Assembly (NCBI RefSeq): GCF_009914755.1
Contig: NC_060926.1
Reading direction: 5' to 3' (one strand)
Length of the DNA: 64,000 nt
DNA from: the human T2T-CHM13v2.0 reference genome, Homo sapiens
Shown: positions 27,761 to 41,415 of the stretch, piece by piece
How the letters are laid out: each line of letters begins with the position of its first letter
How positions within the stretch are numbered: position 1 is the first letter of the stretch
Translations under genes and position numbers: made by a program
Notes under the pieces: generated by a model
The model's database searches: none
Seen by the model: only the letters and a program-made list of their open reading frames with translations
Told to the model about the DNA's origin: nothing

Positions 27761-28087
27761 GTGTACAATAATAGAAAAAAGTTGCAATTCCTTGCCTCCA
27801 CTGTGAGACAAACCCCAGCCACATCTCCAACACACAAGAACTTCCAAATGCCTGAACCGCAGTGGCCAGGCGTTCCTCCAGAACCTCCTCCCCCAGGAGC
27901 TTGCTACAAATGCCAGAAATCTGACCACCAGGCCAAGGAATGCCTGCAGCCCAGGATTCCTCCTAAGCCGTGTCCCATCTGTGTGGGACCCCACTGGAAA
28001 TTGGACTGTTCAACTCACCTGGCAGCCACTCCCAGAGCCCCTGGAACTCTGGCCCAAGGCTCTCTGACTGACTCCTTCTCAGTTTAG
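27761..28087 (+). pseudogene. gag: HERV-H gag C-terminal (nucleocapsid) remnant with two CCHC knuckles
   Basis: CYKCQKSDHQAKEC and CPICVGPHWKLDC; upstream gag is interrupted by stops. Confidence 0.88.
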
Positions 28088-28139
28088 CGGCTGAAGACTG
28101 ATGCTGCCCGATTGCCTCCGAAGCCCCGTAGACCATCAC

Positions 28140-28440
28140 GGACGCCGAGCTTTGGGTAACTCTCACAGTGGAAGGTAAGTCCATCCCCTTCTTAATCAAT
28201 ATGGAGGCTACCCACTCCACATTACCTTCTTTTCAAGGGCCTGTTTCCCTTGCCTCCATAACTGTTGTGGGTATTGACAGCCAGGCTTCTAAACCTCTTA
28301 AAACTCCCCAACTCTGGTCCAACTTAGACAATACTCTTTTAAGCACTCCTTTTAGTTATCCCCACCTGCCCAGTTCCCTTATTAGGCCGAGACACTTTAA
28401 CTAAATTATCTGCTTCCCTGACTATTCCTGGACTATAGCC
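28140..28440 (+). pseudogene. pro: HERV-H protease remnant with catalytic motif lost
   Basis: VEGKSIPFLINMEATHSTLP corresponds to FLIDTGA; frameshifted downstream. Confidence 0.75.
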
Positions 28441-28543
28441 ACATCTCATTGCTGCCCTTCTTCCCAATCCAAAGCCTCCTTTGCGTCCTCCCCTTATATC
28501 TCCCAACCTTAACCCACAAGTATAAGATACCTCTACTCCCTCC

Positions 28544-30310
28544 TTGGCGACCGATCATGCATCCCTTACCATCTCATTAAAACCTAATCACCCTTACCCC
28601 GCTCAATGTCAAGATCCCATCCCACAGCACGCTTTAAAAGGATTAAAGCCTGTTATCACTCGCCTGCTACAGCATGGGCTTCTAAAACCTATAAACTCTC
28701 CTTACCATTCCCCCATTTTACCTGTCCTAAAAACAGACAAGGCTTACAAGTTAGTTCAGAATCTGTGCCTTATCAACCAAATTGTTTTGCCTATCCACCC
28801 CGTGGTGCCAAACCCATATACTCTCCTATCCTCAATACCTCCCTCTACTACCCATTATTCTGTTCTGGATCTCAAACATGCTTTCCTTACTATTCCTTTG
28901 CACTCTTCATCCCAGCCTCTCTTTGCTTTCGCTTAGACTGACCCTGACACCCATTAGGCTCAGCAAATCACCTGGGCTGTACTGCCGCAAGGCTTCACAG
29001 ACAGTCCCCATTACTTCAGTCAAGCCCAAATTTCATCCTCATCTGTTACCTATCTCAGCATAATTCTCATAAAAACACACGTGCTTTCCCTGCTGATCGT
29101 GTCCAATTAATCTCCCAAACCTCAATCCCTTACAAAACAACAACTCCTTTCCTTCCTAGGCATGGTTAGTGTGGTCAGAATTCTTACACAAGCGCCAGGA
29201 CCGCACCCTGTAGCCTTTCTGTCCAAACTTGACCTTACTGTTTTAGCCTAGCACTCATGTCTGCGTGCAGCGGCTGCCACTGCTTTAATACTTTTAGAGG
29301 CCCTCAAAATCAAAAACTATGCTCAACTCACTCTCTACATTTCTCATAACTTCCAAAATCTATTTTCTTCCTCAAACCTGACGCATATACTTTCTGCTCC
29401 CCGGCTCCTTCAGCTGTACTCACTCTTTAAGTCCCACAATTACCATTGTTCCTGGCCCGGACTTCAATCTGGCCTCCCACATTATTCCTGATACCACACC
29501 TGACCCCCATGACTGTATCTCTCTGATCTACCTGATATTCATCCCATTTCCCATATTTCCTTCTTTACTGTTCCTCACCCTGATCACGCTTGATTTATTG
29601 ATGGCAGTTCCACCAGGCCTAATCGCCACATACCAGCAAAGACAGGCTATGCTATAGTACAAGCCACTAGCCCGCCTCTCAGAACCTCTCATTTCCTTTC
29701 CATCGTGGAAATCTGTCCTCAAGGAAATAACTTCTCTGTGTTCCATCTGCTATTCTACTACTCCTCAGGGATTATTCAGGCCCCCTCCCTTTCCTACACA
29801 CCAAGCTCGAGGATTTGCCCCCACCCAGGACGGGCAAATTAGCTTTACTCAACATGCCCGAGTCAGGAAACTAAAATACCTCTTAGTCCGAATAGACACT
29901 TTCACTGAATAAGTAAAGGCCTTTCCTACAGGGTCTAAGAAGGCCACCACAGTCATTTCTTTCCTTCTGTCAGACATAATTCCTCAGTTTAGCCTTCCCA
30001 CCTCTATACAGTCTGATAACAGACCAGCCTTTATTAGTCAAATCAGCCAAGCAGTTTTTCAGGCTCTTAGTAGGTTTCAGTGAAACCTTTATATCCCTTA
30101 CCGTCCTCCGTCTTCAAGAAAAGTAGAACGGACTAAAGGTCTTTTAAAAACACACCTCACCAAGCTCAGCCACCAACTTAAAAAGGACTGGACAATACTT
30201 TTACCACTTTTGCTTCTCAGAATTCAGGCCTGTCCTCAGAATGCTACAAGGTACAGCCCATTTAAGCTCCTGTATAGATGTTCCTTTTTATTAGGCCCCA
30301 GTCTCATTGG
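28544..30310 (+). pseudogene. pol: HERV-H pol remnant (RT N-terminal half, RNase H and integrase pieces), deleted and frameshifted
   Basis: SPYHSPILPVLKTDKAYKLVQNL, YSVLDLKHAFLTIPLH, then LPQGFTDSPHYF (near 28982-29017); integrase-like SIQSDNRPAF near 30003-30032. Confidence 0.9.
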
Positions 30311-30919
30311 ACACCAGACCAACTTAGACTGTGCCCCAAAAAAACTTGTCATCCCTACTATCTTTTGTCTAGTCATACTCCTATTCACCATTCTCAACTA
30401 CTCATACATGCCCTGCTCTTGTTTACACTGCCGGTTTACACTGTTTCTCCAAGCCATCACAGCTGATATCTCCTGGTGCTAGCCCCAAAATGCCACTCTA
30501 AGCTCTTGAAGTAAATAAATAATCTTTGCTGGCAGGACTATGGTGAATCTCCTTAGGCACTCTCTAATCAGATGTCCTAGGTCCTCCCAATTCTTAGACC
30601 TTTTATACCTGTTTTTCTCCTTCTCTTATTCCATTTAGTTTCTCTATTCATCTAAAACCGTATCCAGGCCATCACCAATCATTCTATACGACAAATGTTT
30701 CTTCTTACATCCCCACAATATCACCTCTTACCACAAGACCTCCCTTCAGCTTAATCTCTCACACTCTAGGTTCCCACGCCGCCCCTAATCCCGCTTGAAG
30801 CAGCCCTGAGAAACATCGCCCATTCTCTCTCCATACTAGCCCCCAAAAATTTTCGCTGCCCCAACACTTCAACACTATTATTTTGTTTTATTTGTCTTAT
30901 TAATATAAGAAGGCAGGAA

Positions 30920-31361
30920 TGTCAGGCCTCTGAGCCCAGGCCAGGCCATCGCATCCCCTGTGAATTGCACGTATACATCCAGATGGCCTAAAGTAACTGA
31001 AGATCCACAAAAGAAGTAAAAACAGCCTTAACTGATGACATTCCACCATTGTGATTTGTTCCTGCCCCACCCTAACTGATCAATGTACTTTGTAATCTCC
31101 CCCACCCTTAAGAAGGTTCTTTGTAATTCTCCCCACCCTTGAGAATGTACTTTGTGAGATCCACCCCTGCCCACCAGAGAACAACCCCCTTTGACTGTAA
31201 TTTTCCATTACCTTCCCAAATCCTATAAAATGGCCCCACCCCTATCTCCCTTCGCTGACTCTCTTTTCGGACTTAGCCCACCTGCACCCAGGTGAAATAA
31301 ACAGCTTTTATTGCTCACACAAAGCCTGTTTGGTGGTCTCTTCACATGGACGCGCATGAAA
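30920..31361 (+). mobile_element. 3' LTR7 (442 bp), AATAAA at 31296-31301
   Basis: Near-identical to the 5' LTR apart from about a dozen small differences (hand count) and one missing 31-bp repeat unit. Confidence 0.97.
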
Positions 31362-31381
31362 AAATATATATATATATATAA

Positions 31382-31680
31382 TTTTTTTTTTTTTTTTTTG
31401 AGATAGAGTATTGCTCTGTCCCCCAGGCTGGAGTGCAGTGGCACAGTCTCTGCTCACTGCAACCTCCGCCTCCTGGGTTCAAGCAATTCCCATGCTTCAG
31501 CCTCCTGAATAGCTAGGATTACAGGAGTCCACCACCACGCCTGGCTAATTATTTTTTCATTTTTTGTAGAGACAGGGTTTCATCATGATTGCCAGGCTGG
31601 TCTCAAACTGACCTCAATTGATCTGCCCTCCTCAGCTTCCCAAAGTGCTAGGATCACATGCGTGAGTCACTGAACCCAGC
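31382..31680 (-). mobile_element. Alu (older S/J-like)
   Basis: poly(T) GAGATAGAGTATTGCTCTGTC...GTGAGTCACTGAACCCAGC. Confidence 0.93.
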
Positions 31681-33384
31681 TTAAGTCTATATTCTTCTTT
31701 AAAATAATTCTGAAGGGGTAAGAGGTGAAAGAGATCACTAGCTAAAAATAGCAAAAAAGTGAATATAGTTTAGTTTCTTCTTGCTTTTTTTGTTTTCCTT
31801 TTAATGTTGGGAAAGTTTTGCACATGGAAGCAAGAGAAGCTGCAGTGCAAAGAGACTGACTGCTAAAGACAGCCTGGAGGAGGGCAATGGGTGTCATCCA
31901 CAGCCGAGGGTCATAAATTTTGAATGACAAGAGGGGCATTATTTCCAAGGAAACTAAAATAAAGCCGAGAAAAGATGGCTGAATGGAAGTATATGGGGAT
32001 GTTTGTGAGAATGAGAGGGTTTAAATGACTTAACATCTAATGGACTCAATAGTCATTGGGAAATAAGAGCCAAGGACATTTTCTGAGAGTGAGAAGAAGG
32101 TGAGGGGCAAGGCTGAAGGGAGTGGCAAAGGTATAAATTGCTTGAAGGGAAGGACTTCTGAAAAAAAAAAAAAAGGAGTATTTAACTAAGGCTGGAGATA
32201 ATGAACATGTAATGACTTCAGGACAAACAATTTATTTTTTTCTCCAGGACTTAGTAACCTGGCTATAAAAGAGGAAATGAACAGTTGAGTTTATAGGAGA
32301 TCGTTGTTTCTTTTTTGAATGCAGTGGGCAAGTACTTTTAGGTTACCTGTGCTAAATGTCGGTAAGGACAATGAATGAGAAAGATAAATTCAAGTACCTG
32401 TAGCTTTGGTGTCTAGTGAGTGGTTTAGGGGCAGAAGCTGTGTTTGAGTAACATTCTAGTTTCTCTGAAATCACACCTTGCACTTTTATACCTAACAAGG
32501 CAGAATTACCAAGTGGTTACCTGCGTGGGCACTGCAGTCAGAATGCACAGTTTCAAGCTCTGTCTCTGACGCTTACCAGCTGTGGAAAGCATGATCAGTT
32601 GCTCAAATTTTCAGTTTCCTTACCCTTAAAATAAAAATAAAAGTAATTGTGCAAACCTCACAGGGATTCATTAAATTAATACCTAAAATATTGCCTGCTT
32701 GATCACATTAAGCATTCCATAATTATTGTTCCTAATTAGATTTTATGACAATCTCTTTCTCAAATTCAATAGTTTCCAAAAAATAAAAGCAGAAAATTAA
32801 AAATATGGAGAATGAAGACTTTAAACAATTATTTGATTTTTCTATTAGTATTATAAATAGTACATGGAGTACTTCTTTTCTCAATTCCATTAATAATAAC
32901 ATGAGAATAAAGTTCGGGGTTAATTTTTTAAAAGCAGTTAGTTTGCTCCACTAGTGACAGAACCTATTATTGCCACTGACTCCATTTCTTTACACGTGGG
33001 CAAAATCTTAATTCATCTCTCTTGATCACTGCTCTTCCAATAGCTGAAAGTAGTTTTGTCACCAGCTCATTAGATTATTTGAAATTTCTAATTGAAATAT
33101 AATATTTTAATGTCAAAAGGCCTGCATGTACTAGGTAGAACAGGGTAGTGAGATTTGAAGGGAATGCTTTTTCTTCTCTAATTAGAGGCAATGAAGTGCT
33201 TAATTAAGGATGTCTGGTTCATTCTTATGCACCTACTCATAGGACAAGTGAATACACAATCAACTCATAACTCTCCAGTGTTCTCTATTGTTTCATTTGA
33301 CCACTGGTCTTATAAAAGGGAATGGTTCCAAAGTGAGTTAAAGAACTGAACTCACACCGAGAGTATATTCAGCAGCTGTGCTTT

Positions 33385-33520
33385 GAATAATTGGCCCAGC
33401 AACCTCAGCATCACCTGTTAGAAATAGAAAATCTCAGGTCTCATTTTATACCTATTGAAACAATTCTGCATTTCAAAAAGATACCTGAGTGATTCACATG
33501 CATAGTAAAATTTGAGAGGC
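33385..33520. mobile_element. MER5A-like DNA transposon fragment
   Basis: CAGCATCACCTGTTAGAAAT...ATTCTGCATTTCAAAAAGATACCTGAGTGATTCACATGCA...TTTGAGA. Confidence 0.6.
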
Positions 33521-34796
33521 ATGGCCAATGACGACATTCATATTCTCTGGGAAAGTGAAGGCTGCATTAGGTCTCAGCATTCTGTCTTCCGCCTTTTTCC
33601 ATTCCTTTAGTCTCTGACTAACTAGAAGGACTGTTAAAACACATCTGGAAATTTTGAGAGTCAGGAAGTTCTCCGCCTCTATAGGCACTGTCCAGAGGGT
33701 ATTTTTTGTTAGTTCCTCCACATCTCCTCTTTTTTTTCCAGAACTGAGTATAAAAGGCCCTGTGTGTTCATATACCCAACACTTCACTTTGTTTCTGCTC
33801 ATAATATGATAGATTTTTGGTTGGAGAAATAGGATGCTCATGCTGTGTGTACCAGTGCAGCTCATCGATTTTAGCAACCACAGCTTTTGCAAACAAAATC
33901 ATAAAATATGAGTGAACATACAGTTTGAAGACCAGGGATAAATTTCCCTATGACAAGAACACTTTTTAAGCCCACAAATTTGTCCTGAGTGATATGTGCG
34001 TTATTAATCAAGACAGTTGTCAAGTTGTCTGGTTAAGTGGATCTAAGAGAAAAAGGAATGAGACAACAGCCTACATATTTGTTTAAAGTTATGAATTAAG
34101 TATTTCTTGTTCCATGTGTTTCACTAATTTGTCTATTCTTGACATTTAGAAAAGAAGAGGAAATAATACATTTGGTTTTGGAACAGGATTTGAGATGAGA
34201 ATTGAGTTCAGAGCTGTGCTAATCATCTGAAACCTTCTTCAATGATAAATCAACTTTTTATTTTGAACCTATTTGATCAAACTAAAATCTCACAATTGAA
34301 CATGAATAAAATTTTTTCTTCCTGAAATCTATATAACATACATCGAGTAACTTCTAGATGATATTTTCCCCTTGAGAAACAGGTTCTTTAAACATAGCAA
34401 ATGGTGGGTTTCCCGTTACTATATCGTATCAATTTCTAGAACCAAATCATATTCTCCATGTTACTGTGCAGATTAATTGGACACCTTTTAAAGGATGACT
34501 TTTTTTGTGCCTGGATATATCTTCTGTGGATTAATTTCCATCTGAAAACTCACTTCAATGTTCAAGATAAAGGATTAAGTTGAGAAAAATAGTCAAAGTA
34601 GATTACATAATAACACTGCATGATCATGAATAATTTGTAGTAGTTCATCTGAGACTGCAACATTGTTATCCTATCAATTCAAACTTTAAATACTTGATAA
34701 TCAGACTTTGGGAATCTAACAAATATTTGAGACTTGAGATTGAATGTCTACATTATAAGGGCAAATCTAAATGCTATGTTCCATGGTAAATTTGAG

Positions 34797-34955
34797 CAGT
34801 GCTTTTCAACCCTGGGAGGAAATCCAGTGTCCAAGCTCACCCCAGCTCAGCTGAATCAGAATCATTTGGTGGTGGGGTGGGGGTGGCCTATGCATCAATA
34901 CTGAAAACAAATAAACTCAACTCTGATTCTAATTGCAGTCAAGGTTAAGATATAC
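34797..34955. mobile_element. MER5-like fragment
   Basis: CAGTGCTTTTCAACCCTGG...CTGAATCAGAATC...TGATTCTAATTGCAGTCAAGGTTAAGA. Confidence 0.5.
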
Positions 34956-35496
34956 TTCCCTCTACTGGAGGACACTTATCGTCTTAGTATTTCATGTACA
35001 TAAAATGCAACCCAAACTGCAGATTTCTAACAAGGAAATTACACCTATGTATTACACATAATGCCTCAGTATAAATTTCAAGTAATAAGTCATCTTACAA
35101 CACTGTAATCACAAAATCTCTAGTTAAGTGAAATACTGGTTTCATATATGAAAAATGCATCCTGATGAAATATATGAACACATGTCTTCTGGTAAAGATC
35201 ACTGATCTCATTGTTTCTCACTCTTATTGGGGCAATTGAGATTTCATTGCCTTTTAAATGTTATACAAGGGAAAATATAGTCTTGTAAACATTCTTCTAA
35301 AAAAATAGACTATAGTTTTAAGCTTGGGTGGCTCCATCCACAAAATAAATATTATAGCTGAAGTTCAAGATTTAAAAAGAATTGTTATGTTTTGTTTATC
35401 ATAATAGCCGTTAACTAAAATATCATTATTTGTTTCATCTTACAATGCTCAGGGGGTTAAAATGGTTCACCAAATTTCATATTAAAGAATTGTTGG

Positions 35497-36178
<682 letters not shown>

Positions 36179-38127
36179 TGACCTATTATCACTGTTTATG
36201 GAAATTAGCTTAGTGACTTATCCTAAGTTCTTGAGGAGGCACTAGAGAAAATATGTACTTTGTCTATAAGTTTAGCAGATTATTTTAGGAACTCTAGCTT
36301 CTCTGCAAAGTAGGTTTTATCTGACATACAAGGCAAAGGAAATATTAGGAAGTACACATACATGCTAATATATAGAGAGCCAAAATAAATAAAGCAACAC
36401 ATTATTTATATTTAAGAACTTTGCTTTGAAGACTTAGAAAGGCAAACAAAGAAAAAAAAATCCCACTCAAAAAGAAGTTTTAAGACTGTTGACTGTATAT
36501 TCTACTTAAATTAAGTCACATATAATAGTTTCACTGATTTTAAATGAGTTAAAGGTGTTATCTAAAGTAAGGTAGGAAATATAGTGATTACTATTCTTTT
36601 TAAATGGGTCACTATAAAATCTAATAGTGCTAGTATAATTTAAAATCTATAGAAAAAGCAGACATTTTTTAAAAATGAGAATGGAGGTGGCTAAAGTATA
36701 TACTGATAAAAAGGAAAATATAGATACAGATCCAAAGTTATATATATATATACATATATATATAAATACATATATATATAAAATAAACATTGTGTTTTTA
36801 ATTCCTCTTCCAGTAATCATGTGTGTTTGCAGCCATTCCTCATTTATTCACAATGAAAAATTCAGGGAAGATGGGGTGGCTGATAACCCTAGGGAAGAAG
36901 AAAGAGGCTATGAGATGTTGGGAAGTCTCTACTGGATAGGTAGTAAAAATGGGAGGCTTTAAGAACTGAGGCTGTAGGTTCAGAAGATAATAGAAATGGA
37001 GAGAAGGAAAACAGGCAGTAAGACATTGATGTTTTGACCCCTAATCTATGGGTTGATGTCTTGGAGGGGGTCAAGGAGTGTACTGGATAGTTTGAGAGGA
37101 ACCATTTCTATGTATAATGCTGATGTGGTGACAAACATCTAAGTTGACACCGCGGCCTGGGATGGCAGCTCCTTAGAGCCCTCCAGCTCTCGTAAGGAAT
37201 CCAGAAGTTCCCACATGCCCTGTGGAGAGCTAGGGGGAGCTGGCTGATGGTGCTGACTGGCCAGCCAGCAGAGAGTGTCACAGTGGCTCAAGAGAAGGGA
37301 TCCTGCAGCTCTGCTATACTAGGTAGCACATTCAGGTTTAGGATGAAAAAAGTGTCTGGCAATTCTCCAGAGAAACCAAAGCAAAAGAGAACTAGGATGG
37401 AGCCTGACTGGCTGATGGATTATTAACAGTTACCAGGTGCAGAGAACCAGCAGATGCTGGGAGCTGTAGCAGTGATTAAGGCAAAAAATACCACTGCTGC
37501 AGAGGACAGTGAGGATCCTATAAGCTCCTCCATAAACCAAAGTCCCTCTGTATAAAGAGAAGGGAAACAGCCATAAAACAACATTGAAAATCAACAAGCT
37601 GAGCTATTCAGAAACAGTCTATTGAAACACAGAAGTTACCACATGACTACTTGCTAAGTTTAAAGTTTAATTTTCAATGCTCCAGAGGGTAGATGGTGAG
37701 GGGCAGGGTTGAGAACAGTGAGGGTAGTAACAGCAGTTACAGATAATAAAAATGCACATGTTAGTGTGTCTGGCGAGTGACTTCCCTACATATATTTTTT
37801 CATAAGCAAGTTTTTCTTTTAAAATTTTATGAAGTTAATTATAGGTATCTTTTCACATTTCAGCTTCTGATAAAGTCTTGGTCATAAGAAAACAGTGAGG
37901 TAACTGAATTTTGCTTCAATTTATTTTTTCTTCCTAATCACCTTGCAAGTGGGCTTTATAATTTCAGAGCTAGTAATAGTGATGACATATTTGTGCTTTA
38001 TTGCTATGGCAACAGTGCTTCTCCTGAGACAAGGGCCATGTATTTTTGGTTCTCTGTTCTAAAATCACATGTTTACCAACAGATACAGCTTTGTGATTGT
38101 GGCTTTCAATTTGATTGCCCCGAGCAA

Positions 38128-41100
38128 TGTGTTGTGGATACTACTGTATTGCCCAGGTCTTCCCATCAGGATTGAGGCTGTTTTCACCCAGTTTTAAGGA
38201 GTGCTGTTGTCAAAAAAACCTTCAACAGTCAACCCTTTGGAATTGCCTTCAGCTGAAAAAAAGCCTCCTTGTACAAGGTCATATTGCCGTAGCAGTCACA
38301 GCTTAAATCCAGTGACTGGTAAATTCTGGGGTTTAAACCACCCCAAATCAAGACAACTCTGAAGATCTACCCACGCTTCAGAGCTCACCAGGGTTCCTCC
38401 ATTTAAGCCTAATTCCTTTTCCTCTTCCCAGTGTTAATTCTAAGAGCACTACCTACTAAACCTCCTGTATGCTAATTTCATTTTAGAGTCTGCTTCATCA
38501 ATAACCTGACCTGCAACAGTTGCTTCTAGTAGTAGCCTGAGAAATCAGATGGATTGGAACATTTGCCAGCCAGCTGACAATGAAGGCCAAACCACTGGTG
38601 GTAGACAGAACTTGGATAGGTTCTGTAACAAGATTTTGGTGCAATTGTCAAAATGTTTATCAGCAATAAACTGGAGAGATAAACCAGGAGAAGCAATGTA
38701 TCATGTGCTTAAGAAATACAGGATAAATAGTATTGATAAGGATAACTATTCTAGGGGTAATTGATGCTCTGGAGAAAAAAAAGGAAAGTCTGGGGGTTAT
38801 TATCTATTAAAAAGGTAACTGAATGTCAGAGAGACTTCTTGGAAGCACTTAACAGTCTTTTATTTCCTACATACTAAGGACAGAGAAAGCTGAGGACTAG
38901 GAAGAGAGCCAAATGGGAATAGCACAGTTCTAATAAAGGTTTAACATTTAAGCTAGACAAATCTTATATGTCAAATTCAAAGTCCTGATTGGGAAAAAAT
39001 GGGACCTTGACATAAGGGATGGGGTCATATGGGTGCATGCCCTTGAAAATATTGAATCTCCAAATTCCATTGAACTCTTTGGAGCTGTAGAAGTGGCACA
39101 TTTCTCTCTGTTAAAGGCTAGGGTCCCACTTGTCTTAAAGAAGGCCTCTCTCCTGCAAGACATCATGTGCCTTCCTCAAAATCTGGACCTCGCTTTCCTC
39201 TTAAGTAAAAAGTCAATAAGCAGAGATGTCACACCATAATCTGGTCATGGAAGTGACAAGCTTGTGAAGGGAGGTAGGGAGCAATATCCCAAAGAGCTGC
39301 AGGACCAAGACAGCTGGTCCCACAGAGGAACCGTGAAAACAAAATTCAGGGAGAAGATGAAATTATATATGGAAGAGTTTATCTATACAGAAGAACTGTT
39401 GTTTTAAAAACATTCTGGCAAAACACTTTGGGAAAGACTCCAAAAGACAATGCTAGGATGTTTCTTAGCAACTTGGAGAAAATGTGGCCCACTATAAGTA
39501 GAATAGGAGTGTCAATATTGCTATGGCAGATGGTAGTAAAAGAGGGGAAATAGTTTGGAAAAATGGGCATGCCAGAGTGGACATTTCATGTAAGCCTGGG
39601 CAAACTGCTAGATGACTATGCTCTCAGCAGGGCCAGGAAAATACTTCATTTAACAAAGTAATGAGGAATATGGTAGTGAAAAGCCTACCAGCATTAGAAC
39701 CTACAGCCTAACTGTGGAGTACAATTTATGAGAGGAAACATGTTAGGGAAATGGTCTCCTTAATAAGAGTGGGGATGATAACATTTCAAAATAATGGACT
39801 CTAGGTGGTGGCTTTTAACAGTTTAAAACAAGACAGTTTCAATTAGTGTTGAATTAGTGTTGAAAGTTGAAATATTGCCTAGAGGAGCATGGCAGGCAGA
39901 GAGCTGCAGATATGGCTGATAGAACACACTTTTCTTAGAGTCAAGATAGATGTGCATTCAATGATAGCATTGCCCAATATTTACAACAACTCCAGGAAGG
40001 CTGGTCAGGAGATTAAAGGCAGTCCTCTTAACAAAATGTCACAATCTCTTGTCCAATTTCCAGATGCGAGTCAGTGTTCCAACCCTTGAACCCAATGAAT
40101 GAAGAACAAGCTTGGTTCCCAAGAGAAAGTACCCTGGTAGCATTCCAGCAATTACACACTGTAATGATTACTTCTTTTCCCAAAGAGCACTATAACCATT
40201 TGCTTAAATAACTGCACACTGGGAAAAGAATACCCAAACCTAATATTCTGAGGATTGTTGCATGTAAGTACTGAGTTGCCAATGATATCCATGAACACAA
40301 ATTATCTCACCTTCATGGTTTGCATGTGAGGCTAGGAATATATGAAGGCCAGGTAATAAATGGGATCCTGGTGCAAGTTCAGCTTGAGTGTGTCTACTGG
40401 TTCCATGACTCATCAAAAGGAAGAGCCCCGAACCCCTCCACCACCAACACTGACACAATAGTGACAATATCATATTCCAGGTAAAACTGCAGAGATTGAT
40501 ACTATCTTATAAATAGAAAGGAGACAGAGGTGGCGTCTTTATCATATCTCCTTTCAGTTACCAAGTCTGGCCCTATAAAACCAAAGAGATCCTCGAAAAT
40601 ACCGTAGATTACCACAAACTCAGCCAAGCAGTATCCCCACATCAAGCTGTTGTAGAAGAGGTGGTTATCTTGGCTAGAGAAGATTAATGTCACTTCATGT
40701 ATATGGTATTTAGCCACTAATCTCCCAAAATGTTCTTTTCCATCCCTACCAGAAAAGAATATCAGAAACAGTTAATATTCATTTGGAATAGATAACAGTA
40801 TTCATTTTTCAGTCTTGCATCAAAGCTTTGCTAACTCTCCTACTGTCTGTTATAATACGGTCTGAAGAAACCTCGACTATGTCTATATCATGTAGAATAT
40901 CAGACCATTTTCACTATACTGACAGCATCATGGTAATAAATATGTATAATCAGGAAATGGCAAGTACAATAAAAGCCTTGGTAAGACACATGTGATTCAA
41001 AAGATGTAAAGTGAGCCCGATGGTGATTCACAGGTTTGCTATCAATAAATTTGTAAGGGTCTAGTGGTCCAGAACAGACTGGGACATTAGTTTCAAAGAA

Positions 41101-41415
41101 CAAGATAGATTATTCCACCTCACACTTTCACCACAAAGAAAAGAAAGTTCAATCCCTGATAGGCTGATAAGTTTTCTTGAGTTTTGGCAGCAACATATTC
41201 TACAGATGACAGCATTTTCCAAAGCTCCATCCTATGCACCCAGTGGCATAGAGAGCTTCCAACACTGAATAGGACTCATAATTCAGTAGCCTCTAATCGT
41301 AGGTAGTATCTGTAGTGAAAGAGGTATCGTGTGGAGTATATGGCAATCTGTAACACAACAGTCACAATATAGACTAAGAAGTTTCTGGAGAAAGACCATA
41401 CCATCTGCATCAGAC
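38128..41415 (+). mobile_element. Ancient ERVL remnant: LTR16-type LTR (~38128-38518) plus HERV16/ERV3-16A3-like internal with decayed RT
   Basis: LTR ends ...AGAGTCTGCTTC...ACCTGACCTGCAACA; 40600-40860 follows the ERVL RT motifs (DYHKL, WY..., FSIP...QKQ...W, F.VL.Q...NSP) with stops and frameshifts. Confidence 0.75.

Larger units (their letters stand above)
25691..31361 (+). mobile_element. HERV-H provirus, common env-deleted ~5.7-kb form with two LTR7
   Basis: Two LTRs TGTCAGGCCTCTGAGCCC...CATGAAA, tRNA-His PBS, gag/pro/pol remnants, PPT AAGAAGGCAGGAA at 30907-30919. Confidence 0.98.

Noticed and set aside
30310-30906. Possible HERV-H env gene
   Set aside because: Only about 0.6 kb lies between integrase and the PPT, with no long ORF; this is the env-deleted form.
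37080-37720. Moderately GC- and purine-rich segment, possibly an old LTR or enhancer
   Set aside because: Could not be assigned to any family with confidence; needs a Dfam search.
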